Shown here: positions 1 through 10,278 of the stretch, piece after piece
Layout: each line of letters opens with the position of its first letter
Numbering within the stretch: position 1 is the first letter of the stretch
Source of the DNA: Tubulanus polymorphus
Lineage: Eukaryota > Animalia > Nemertea
Assembly (NCBI RefSeq): GCF_964204645.1
Contig: NC_134028.1
Coordinates: 23,866,345 to 23,930,344, forward strand
Direction of reading: 5' to 3'
Length of the DNA: 64,000 nt
The notes under the pieces: generated by a model
The model's input: only the letters and a program-made list of their open reading frames with translations
Databases searched by the model: none
Told to the model about the DNA's origin: nothing
Position numbers and translations under genes: made by a program

Positions 1-686
1 CTGAAGTTAAAATTGAACGGTTTGACTGCGTGGAACAGAATAGTTACATGGCTGCCGAATTGGAATCACGAATCAAAGGTTTGGCTGAAAAATACAGCTT
101 TGATTACAAGATACATAACGCACGGTTTTCGACTGAAAGCGTCTCTTTCTTGCCGAATCATTTCTATGATTTGTTAATACTTTCGCATGTGCTATACTAC
201 TTCCAAGATCCGGCTCAGATTTTGAAGACGGCCTTGTATCAACTGACGAGCGATGATGGACGAGCATTCGTCTGCTTGGACCAACGTATGCCATTCATCA
301 CGATACGCGATGAGTTAGATAGAGTTATTCCACGAACCAGTGAAACATCGATCAACATCAAACACCAGAAGGGAACCTTTGATATAGAAATGGTTTTGAA
401 CAAAGCAGAAACTCAAACTATTAACCAATGGAGCGACAATACCGGTATCCTTCTTCATTTGGCGCTCAAACCAGCTCGACCCTGTTTCAGCACACGCGAC
501 GAGAACATGCGTAAAATAGGTGACGATGTTTTGTCGTTTATCGTGCAAAGAGATGTAGGTGCTATGTCAGATGAAGAGCGTGTAGTGGTACAAGATATCT
601 TCAGGAAATATTCGGTGGAAGTTGACGCTTTTCCTGTACTACCGATAACTACAATAATGTATGTTTTGACTAGAAATAGCAAGTAA
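1..686 (+). CDS. Class I SAM-dependent methyltransferase, paralog 1 (5'-truncated by window edge; histamine N-methyltransferase-like small-molecule methyltransferase)
   Basis: Open frame from base 3 (EVKIERFDCVEQNSYMA...YDLLILSHVLYYF...) to TAA at 686 with no introns. It aligns along its length with the complete paralog at 1453-2331. Confidence 0.85.
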   Translation, partial: EVKIERFDCVEQNSYMAAELESRIKGLAEKYSFDYKIHNARFSTESVSFLPNHFYDLLILSHVLYYFQDPAQILKTALYQLTSDDGRAFVCLDQRMPFITIRDELDRVIPRTSETSINIKHQKGTFDIEMVLNKAETQTINQWSDNTGILLHLALKPARPCFSTRDENMRKIGDDVLSFIVQRDVGAMSDEERVVVQDIFRKYSVEVDAFPVLPITTIMYVLTRNSK

Positions 687-1195
687 TGGTTTATGAAATA
701 CAGTATAAACCTTGCGCAAGTCGGATCTTTTGGGACCAAGAAGAATCCTCCGACTTGGGATAAGTTGGATAACCAGCCTTTTCCCGAAAGCTATGAATTG
801 AGGATTGATTTCTGTAAACGGAAAAACTGAATTAACATCTTTAAGAAATGATTTAAACACAGAAACATTCCGGCTTTATTTTTTCTATTCTAATACACTA
901 AACCACAACGACATAACGACTGTTGACACGCATCGTCGATTCCACGCCAGGAACAGGGGTCGGAACGGGAAAGAAATCAAACTGTAATTGGAAGAAGGTA
1001 GCCCTCCGACTTTCGGTGAGTGATCACTGATTTTTTATTTATAGGACCAAGAAAAGTATTACGAGAACATTCCGACTTACAAATCCGACTTTGGAATATA
1101 TATCGGGACCATCAATATAATCATCCGATATAACCGATTTATGCGACTGTCGCCGACTCGCGTTTACTGTACATATAAAAATAAATACTGTACAT

Positions 1196-1236
1196 AGGAA
1201 AATAAGGTCACCACATGTTACAACAATTATAAGCTA

Positions 1237-1326
<90 letters not shown>

Positions 1327-1367
1327 TAGCTTATAATTGTTGTAACATGTGGTGACCTTATTTTCCT
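1196..1367. repeat. Perfect 172-bp palindrome: about 43-bp inverted arms around an (AT)n tract
   Basis: aggaaaataaggtcaccacatgttacaacaattataagctagta-(TA)n-tactagcttataattgttgtaacatgtggtgaccttattttcct; the arms are exact reverse complements. Confidence 0.95.
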
Positions 1368-1452
1368 GTATTATCAAGTTGAATATGATAGATCATATCA
1401 AACCGAGTTTTGTCAAACACAGTTTCTTACAGGCAATATATAGTCACGAACA

Positions 1453-2331
1453 ATGGACGACGCACAGTACAGCGCTTCTTTCAAGTCGTTATTATTTCAT
1501 CTAAGTAGAACCCGGTCGGATCCAAAGCGATTGTCAGAAACATTGCTCGAATGCTACAGGATTATATCTGATCAAGGTCGAGGTTTACGGGTGCTCGAAA
1601 TCGGACCCGGTCATGGTCATCTAATAGAGGACGCATTAGCAGAGGCTGAAGTTAAAATTGAACGGTTTGACTGTGTGGAACAGAATAGTTACATGGCTGC
1701 CGAATTGGAATCACGAATCAAAGGTTTGGCCGAGAAATACGGCTTTGATTACAAAATATATAACAAGTGGTTTTCGATCGAAAATGTTTCTTTCTTTCTG
1801 CAAAAGTTCTATGATTTGTTAGTGCTGTCTAATGTTCTCTACAGTCGGTATTTCGACAATCCGGCGCAAGTTTTGAAAACGGCTTTGTATCAACTAACCA
1901 ACGACGATGGACGAGCGATTGTCTGTCTCGATCTCTCCGAAAACTTTCCGACTATCCGCAACGATCTTTATAGTATTCTACCACGGGACGACGAAACAAC
2001 AGCCATTGCCGAGCAATTCAAGAAACCATTCGATATAAATCGCTTTCTGATAGAAGCAGAAACCCGAACGATCGCACAATGGACCGATGTTCATGGCCTA
2101 GCTCTTCATTTAGCGCTGAAACCAGCTCGACCCTGCATCAGCGAAGAAGATAACAACATTCGTAGAATCGGTGACGAAATCTTGTCGTTTATAACGCGCA
2201 GAAATGTAGGCGCGATGTCCGATGAAAAAAGAGCCGTAATTCAAGACGTCGTAAAGAAATATGCAGTGGATAGTTACGGGTTTCCGATACTTCCGATAAC
2301 ATCGGGTTTCTTTGTTTTGGCTAGAAAATGA
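1453..2331 (+). CDS. Class I SAM-dependent methyltransferase, paralog 2 (292 aa, intronless CDS)
   Basis: Motif I VLEIGPGHG, post-I FDCVE, motif II/IV YDLLVLSNVLY. A likely 5' UTR splice acceptor (tttcttacAG, 1432) precedes the ATG. Confidence 0.88.
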   Translation: MDDAQYSASFKSLLFHLSRTRSDPKRLSETLLECYRIISDQGRGLRVLEIGPGHGHLIEDALAEAEVKIERFDCVEQNSYMAAELESRIKGLAEKYGFDYKIYNKWFSIENVSFFLQKFYDLLVLSNVLYSRYFDNPAQVLKTALYQLTNDDGRAIVCLDLSENFPTIRNDLYSILPRDDETTAIAEQFKKPFDINRFLIEAETRTIAQWTDVHGLALHLALKPARPCISEEDNNIRRIGDEILSFITRRNVGAMSDEKRAVIQDVVKKYAVDSYGFPILPITSGFFVLARK

Positions 2332-2839
2332 GGTAGGCCTACGGGGTCCGTTAAAAAAAAGAAACCACGATAAAGATAATGGAATTTTGATTAATTCTTT
2401 CTTATCTTAAAGTTAATAAGTTTTGTCCGTGAATTATATGATATCGGTGAAATGCCAAAAAATCCTTTTTATTCATTTGATAGTATTTGAAATAAGAAAC
2501 TAATAAAGATCAATAAAACAATTCACAAAAAGGTTTTTTTCTTCAACTGGCAAAATCAGGAATTTTTAATTTGGCACCCGCTATCGAACGGTATCACTGG
2601 AACATTAACGAGTCAAACCATATACGAAAGAACATGTGATGTAAAATGGGTACAAAAGCTCCGAGGCCGTCCCAACTTCGGCTCCGCCCAAAACCCGCAC
2701 AACTCCGAGATCTTTCCATACTTCAGCTCCATCCAAACCCTCACACTCGACGCATCAGGCAAAAGATACGTTGAAATAGATAGAATTTATGAGCAAGACA
2801 AGCAAACATAATTTGATCAGAAAAGCAAGTATTCCGGGC

Positions 2840-2893
2840 CCAATCGTGTGTATTTGTTGTATTTTTTAAAATGAAGTTTAATTTGAATTTGAA
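2840..2893 (+). promoter_or_regulatory. Putative CCAAT box and tandem CHR (TTTGAA) cell-cycle elements upstream of MAD2L1
   Basis: CCAAT at 2840-2844; TTTGAA at 2882-2887 and 2888-2893, 40-50 nt before the ATG. These are short motifs in AT-rich DNA. Confidence 0.4.
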
Positions 2894-2932
2894 TTGAACC
2901 ACCACGTGCTGCCATCTGCAAAATACAAAATC

Positions 2933-5285
2933 ATGGCGGCTACTCAACAACAAAGTGCGATCACTTTAAAAGGATCTACGGAAATTGTCACCGAGTTCTT
3001 TTGTGAGTACGACTTAAGTTGAATAATTCTAATGTTTAAAGTGTCACCATTCATGTGCAATAACTGTCATTTCATCATTAGTTATAGATTTCATTTTAAA
3101 CTACTTGGCAGGATTGAAAAAGTTCAGTTTCCGGGTTTAGGAGTAGCTAGGGTTATTATCCGTGTATCGCCAGCCATATCAATACAGATGGATGTAGTTA
3201 ATGCCTGATCCAGACCCAGCCAGCCAGCGAGGGCTGCCTGTGCCTGGTGTTCAAAAAAACAATTTATTAGAGCTCTACAAACCACAAGCGTTCTTCAAGG
3301 AACTCGCGTTTTTAGGGAAATTGAATTTATGTGGTTAGATTTCATCAATTTGTGAATATTCTATTGGTTGTAAATAGATTATGGTGTAAACAGTATATTG
3401 TACCAGCGAGCGATATATCCACCTGAAAGCTTCAAAAGAGAAAGTAAATACGGCTTGACTTTACTAGTTTCAACGGACAACACTTTAAACGACTATTTAC
3501 AACAAGTATTACAACAAGTGAAAGGTGAATTTAAAATGTCCCAATTTCACAAATAACTTTAAATCCTTTTTTCCTAGGGCGCTTTGCTTAGATTCAAGAC
3601 CAGTCTTTTCCCATTTTGCATCTATATCCAATATCTAACTATCTAAGACCAGTTTTTTTTAATTAAAGCTAATTTTTTTATAAATAGAGCTATGACCTAG
3701 CATCTTGACCAATTTCATCATTCAAAAAACACTTTCCGCGATTCCGAGCTCTCATTCTCAATCTGATTTCATTCTCAATCTTATTTCAGAGTGGTTGTTG
3801 AACATGTCCATACAGAAGCTGGTTCTAGTCATTAAAGATGTCGACACAGATGAAACTCATGAACGATGGCAATTCGATATTGAATGTGATAAAAGTTCTC
3901 TCAATGAAAAGAGGTAACATTCTATTTAAATACTATCAATCATGATCCCAATGCGTACTGCGTGCCACCAGCTATCCCGCTAGATGGTGTGCTTAAATCA
4001 ATTGGACAAGTCTTGTAATGTTTAAGACGATGAACTATATTTTATTTTTTCATAGCACTCTGTTCAATAATGAAATCTGAATTTGAACGCTTTTGGTAAC
4101 CTTGATATTTCCAAAAATCTAACAACCCAGTTTGCTTAATTCATCAAAAAAGTTAGCCTTAGATGTATATAGATCCCTCCAATAGTTAATATATTGTAAA
4201 AATAGTTAATGTATATCTTAATAACTTTGTTATATTTCATTAAAAGATGTCGATATTTTCTGTTGTTTTGTAAAAAATGTATTTTATAGCATTTTCCTCT
4301 ATGTACCCTGGAAATAAATTCCTAATTCCAACTCTAAATTTAGATTGATTTATGATTTAAATTTAATTCGTGATGGATTAATTGATAACAGATAAATCAT
4401 TAATCTAGGAAATGTTGTTTTTCGTGTAATTTTCAGCGAGCCGGTGACTAAATCCACGAAGGCGATTAACGAAGAAATCAAATCCGTAATTCGACAGATC
4501 GTTGCCAGTGTCACGTTTCTACCACTATTAGAAAACCCGTGTAGGTTCCCAATTATCCCCGAGTACTGTGTCACGACATTCTTCTAGACTAGGGACTTTC
4601 TGAGCTAAGCATTAAAGCCCACTTTATAGAAATTTAAGAGATTTAAAGCGAAATTTGTTTATTAGGAATTTTGAATGAAAAGTTAAAAGACACAACATTT
4701 CGGATTCTATCTCAAGACCATTGTTGTGTGTGAAGAATTAACTTTTAAAGGGGGTATACTGATGAACATGCCAATTGAGAAAATATTTGAGTAGGTAGTA
4801 ATATTAAGTGGTTTGTGAGACATATTAAATGACTCCTTGATTCCATAACACTCCTAAATGGAAATGCTTTTCTAGGTACTTGTAACACCCTTAATTGGAG
4901 CGAAATGCCAGAAACTCCTTAAAATGAATTTGATATGAAACCAAAAAAAATGGTTTACCAGGATAAACAGTATTGATTTAGGAGTCCACTGTAATTGGGA
5001 TTGTATGAAAGTGATGCAAGCGCTTCCTTGAAATAGGAAATTTTCTCCTTTAATCTTAAAAATCCTTGTACCCAGAAATAAGTGATCACAAATGAATGTA
5101 CTTCTGATATAATTACAGGTGTATTCGATATATTAGTGTACACAGATAAAGATCTGGAGGTTCCGACCACGTGGGGCGAGTCGAAGGCACATTTCATCAA
5201 TAACAGCGAGGAGGTTCGATTACGCTCGTTTTCCACTCAGATTCACAAAGTCGACGCGATGGTCGCGTACAAGAAAAGTGATTAA
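2933..5285 (+). CDS. MAD2L1: Mitotic spindle assembly checkpoint protein MAD2 (HORMA domain), 5 exons
   Basis: Exons 2933-3002, 3378-3524, 3790-3913, 4437-4540, 5119-5285 with consistent GT-AG phases. Peptides ITLKGSTEIVTEFF, YGVNSILYQRAIYPPESF, ERWQFDIECDK, IRQIVASVTFLPLLE, FDILVYTDKD, EEVRLRSFST. Confidence 0.97.
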
Positions 5286-5866
5286 ATTGTACTAGTAAAC
5301 CTGCTAGACGGACTGGACCTATTTTATCTAGATTTGGAGCAGCTTGCGCATTTATTGGTTAATATTGTCTATGAGATTAGAAGATCAGCTAATCGTGGAA
5401 TGAGCTTTGGATGAGTTAACTATTTAGTGTGGAACTAGAACTCACTAAAAATGTGATAAAAACCAAAATCTTAATATCTAGTTGAAGCGGGTTTTAATGC
5501 GAAGTAAAAGTTTTCCGTGGTGCTGCCATGTTCTCCATTTAACCCCGTGAACTGTATCTCTCATTGTATATTATAATGCATGTCTTTTGATTTATTTGTA
5601 CGATGATATTTCAAATACATTTTGATATTACGATTGTTTATTCAATATATAAGATTTATGTTAGTTTCGTGGCTTTTTCCTATTTTCCACTCAATACTAC
5701 ATGACCATGATGATGATGATGATGATATTTTTACCAAATACGTATGATCCCTGCTGTCCGCCTTCCTCAGCTGGGAATCGGATTCGAACCTGATGGTATC
5801 GTGGGACGGCCACGGCACGGTAGTCGGATCCTCACCTAGGAGAGAATGATGCCAAGACTCCGAGGA

Positions 5867-8800
5867 TCAAACCATTTTGCTGGTTACTTTTTGTTTGGTG
5901 TCGAATTTAAACGCGTAAACCGAGTCCAGAAATGAATCTGGTAAAAACGGTGTTATCGCCGCAACGATTCGATGCGCTGAGTTAGGTACGTATCGAGTAC
6001 TCGGATGGACCTCTAAGAGCGCTTCCACGATACTGTCGACCACCTCGCCTGTTTCATGTACCGCTTCGTTGTCTAATAAGCTGGCTAGTTTGCGTCTGAA
6101 CGAATGGTAGTAACGATTGCCGTATGAAAGCTGGACCGATTTGGGCGTCTGCGACCAATTACTTTCCATACTGGCCAATATAGCATCTGAGTTTGAAATT
6201 GGAGTCCTACAATTATAAGATAGATAGATGTCCATCAATAGATTTGCACTGTGATAGTTGACTAGGGTTAATTAGATATACATATATATAGCATATCAAA
6301 ATTCATAGACAATACTGTTCCGTATGACGAGTGCTCAGGACACATGATCTGATAGGTCAAAGTCCTGTGAACTGGTTGTATGGTCAGTACTGGCTATTGT
6401 TTTAGATTTTTCGATGACGTGGTCGTCTGGTTCTGCTGGGTATAAAACCCAGAGGGACACGACTCTCGCTCTCTCTTTTGTCTAGCTCTCTTTTGCTCAG
6501 ACTTTGGCAGCCATCGGTTCAGACGTTGGTTAGGTCCCATGAGATCGCCTAGTTTGTTAGATTTATTTTTGGAGAAGTTTCATCCGTATATAGAGGTGAT
6601 CGATCAACTGACACCCACAAAAGTAAAAACACGACAGTGTTACGTGACGATGTTTAAAGGAGATTTAACACCAAAGATATTAATTTAAAAAGATTGACAA
6701 TATTTTAATGTCCAATCTGGATGTATAAGCCTAGAGAATACATTATATTTTTCATCCTGTAACGTAATAATAGGATGTTCTGGGTTTTCTGACACTTGTT
6801 TTAGATTTTGGAGACTTCGCACATTCATGAAGTTGAGAGGGGGTGGTAGGCGCGATTTCTTGCTTCCACAAGTGCGGGCATCGAGACATCGCCGCGATAA
6901 GGACAGTCGATCCGTCAGAATCTACTAAAGGGATGGACGCAATTATGTTACCTGTACAAACCGGGCTCAATGGTATGCACGGAAATCTCGAATTTACGCA
7001 TTTCTCTTTTCAAACACTCCGAAAAACCGACCACCGCAAACTTCGACGCGGTGTACGCCGAAAAAGACTGGATCCCACTTCGACCTGAAAGAAATGAAGG
7101 AAATCATTTGACGATAAAATAAGTAACTAATTAAGACTTGCTTCGCACATCGCAAGAAATTTACCTGCTAAACTGGCTAAGTTTATGATCCGACCCTTAG
7201 TTATCCTCAGAAACGGTATGAAAGCTTTCGTAACGCGCACCAACCCCAAAAAATTGACATCGTACATTCTCGTGTATTCCTCTAACGACGTCCATTCAAC
7301 CTCCGAACAAGTCGTAACACCAGCATTATTTACAACGGCCCACAGACCTATACATCAAAACAGCCAAAAAAAATTTTCCTTCAAAATATTTTCTTATTTT
7401 CAATGACACAACTACACAGTGGAACCACTTCACAACGAACCTGTGGACCTGAAAATCTATCCGTTAAAACTGATAGTTCGAATCCGGTATGAAATTATTT
7501 GAATTGTCCTATTTGGGATGACATTTTACTTTTATAATAACCGATAAATCTATATCTGAAGTCGTTAGGTTGCACTGTATAGTTTTCCAGCAAAAAAAAT
7601 GAAAATATTTAGTTAGTTTTGATTTAAATGGCAAAACAGTAGATTTAAAGATCAATTATTTACCAGTCGGAGGTAATTTGCTTTCAATAAATTGGACGGC
7701 ATGAGTGACATCTTCGTCTTTGGTGACGTCTAACTTCAGAACATGGAGTCGCTTTGAGCCGACGTTCATCAACGAGTGAGCACCAGACTTGGTCGGGTAT
7801 AAACAACCGGCAAAAACCGTAAAACCAAGTCGATCTAATTTCCTGGCCAGTTCATGTCCAAATCCACTGTCGCAACCTGAATTATGAAAATCGAGATTCC
7901 GATCTAAGAAGAAGCGACCGTTCTAGAATTGAATTCAAGTCAACACAACTGGATCATAGTGTGTCAAAGTCTTCGGAGAGATTTTGAAACGTGTAATGGA
8001 TAAATGTTGTCTTCTCGTCAATGTTGTTAATGCACTTTCAACAATTATCCCATTATGATAACTGAAGTAGATTTTCAATAACACTTATAATACACGAATC
8101 CATTCTAAACACGTCTGACTACTGCAAGATTTATAATGGCTTCTTTGCATGCTAAAGAGGACTTCAATCTCAGTAGCACTTGCGGGTAACAAACATTCCG
8201 TATGAAATAAAACACCACGCACGAGTATGAGTGGAGATAGAGAGCGCCCATAATTCAAATATTAAACCATCAAAAGAGTTCAATCGTTTTTCAGATATCA
8301 TTTTAAAAGGAACCTATAATATGGCTGCAGCCAGCAAAATTAAGCCAAGTCAGTAGCTTGACGGTTCAGGCTAGTTGGAAGATTGTTTGAATAAACTGGA
8401 GCCGAAACTTCTGTGTACTTAGATTTAAAACGAAAAATTCAGTAAATTCGACCGCCGAACACACAACTATATATCTGTACTTCAATTTCCGATTTCAAAA
8501 TCAAACCCCATGTTTCGTGCTCGGCAGGTGTGGTGGGTCTGTAAGGGACACCCAATCAAGTCAAAACATATCAGACAAAATCGACGAATTGAATAAACAA
8601 CAGGGTCAATCTCTATTTCAAGATAAAAAATGAACCTAATTATTTTTTTCTTATTCATACAACGTTGACAATGTTCCAACTATTAATAGTCATGTTTTCG
8701 GAGATCCTACAGTCGTTTTGTTCCCATTCATTTGCTACAGAAAAGAATGATATGCTGCTGCATATAAAAGGAGAATGAAATAGGCTGATTAAAAATCCTT

Positions 8801-9429
8801 CTTTTCAGTCGGCATACTATCGAACTAGTAATAACCCAGGTGTTGCCTGAAGCCTGGATATGATTTTAAATTCATTTATATTGGCACAGTTACCTCCCGA
8901 TCTTGACGTGTACATAAAATATATACATCTAAAATACCGTACTTAACATTATTCGCAATTTGTTCAAACAAAAAACAGAGATGATTTTATACGATAAAAT
9001 TTATTGAAGCGAAACCACAAAGTTTCGGCTGATGACTAAATAGCCATCACCTGGTGGAATGACGTTTAGTAAATAGCCGAAATGATGTGGTTTCGTTTCA
9101 GTAAATTCTGTCATAGAAATTCTATTCTGGGACTTCTTCATTTATCTACAGTTTGCATGGATTATAGTGTCTTATTCCGGGCCACTGCTAGGAAACAGTG
9201 AATATATAGATAGGTTTTCGATTTACATACCAGTAATGATCACAGCTTTGGAATTCACGGTGTATTTGGCATAGGTATCCGGGTGTAGTAAATAGAGGAT
9301 GTTCAGTACTCCGACGAACAGGGCTGAGCCTGCAAGCAATGGGTGTCCTAGGCACCATAATAGCAAAAACACAACCGCTATACCCAGACACGATATGAAA
9401 GCCGCCTGCAACTGTCTCGTCACTGTCAT
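5867..9429 (-). CDS. Membrane-anchored short-chain dehydrogenase/reductase of the SDR9C group (BDH1/RDH/HSD17B6-like), 5 exons
   Basis: Exons 9231-9429, 7664-7876, 7165-7347, 6952-7084, 5867-6206. Hydrophobic N-terminus, AVIITGCDSGFG cofactor motif, LWAVVNNAG, catalytic YTASK, IEPG. Confidence 0.93.
6316..6636 (+). mobile_element. Possible solo LTR in the last SDR intron
   Basis: Starts TGTT and ends CA, with an internal GGGTATAAAA box followed by a CT-rich tract and AGTAAA near the end. No target-site duplication was found. Confidence 0.3.
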
Positions 9430-9704
9430 GACAGCTAGCACTGTTTCAGCATCGCGCTAGCCTACAGCTAATTTCTGAAAGTGTTTTACGTTACGTGACA
9501 AGCTCGCGCTGGCGCAGCAGATGGCGGCGTCTACTTGATGAAAAACGATTCGATATCATGTGAATGCGAATGTTATTACGTATACAACCATTCACTGATA
9601 TTTTTTATTGTCCCGAGGTGAAAAGTGAATCAAGTATTATATGGGTTAGAGGATCTATTTTAAGTCTGTGGGTCAGTCATTGGCTTTAAATAGTGGAACA
9701 GTCA

Positions 9705-9906
9705 GGGCCTCCGTCGGTTATCTGAGTTAGTCGACTATAGTCGAACCATGGACGTATAAACTAGATCTAGTTTATACGTCCATGGTCGAACTAAATGAAA
9801 CCGAATGTCCGTTAGTCGGAACTATATTCCGGACATAGTTCGAAAATCAAGCGCATTCGGTTATTCCGACCACTAGTCGACTAGATACGAAAACAGAATA
9901 TGGCCC
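9705..9906. mobile_element. MITE-like element (GGGCC...GGCCC ends) carrying a nested 39-bp palindromic insertion
   Basis: Terminal gggcc/ggccc and internal inverted tagtcgacta blocks. The insert catggacgtataaactagatctagtttatacgtccatgg (9747-9785) is flanked by direct tcgaac repeats. Confidence 0.6.
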
Positions 9907-10278
9907 AGTTAGAAAAGACGACAATGACACAGTAAGATTTCAGCCGGCTATAAACTGTGTTAGATACTATTGAAATGAAAATTACATATAGATTTTATTC
10001 ATGATATCATAATCAGACAGCATACAAATTCAAAGTGTACGGGATCCACACATTATTGTGGCAAAAAATCGACAAAATTCCGGATTTGTCAGATTTTGTC
10101 CTGATTTGTGAATTTTGTCACCCATTTGGTCGGATGGTCTACCACCCGATAATTTTGCATAAATCATTCACTCTATTTGACATTGATTGCTTTTACATCG
10201 ATATATTTACAACATCGATAGTTTTCAAACTAACACACGCGTGCAATTTTTTAAAGCAGGTTGAGTTTCGACTGTAGT

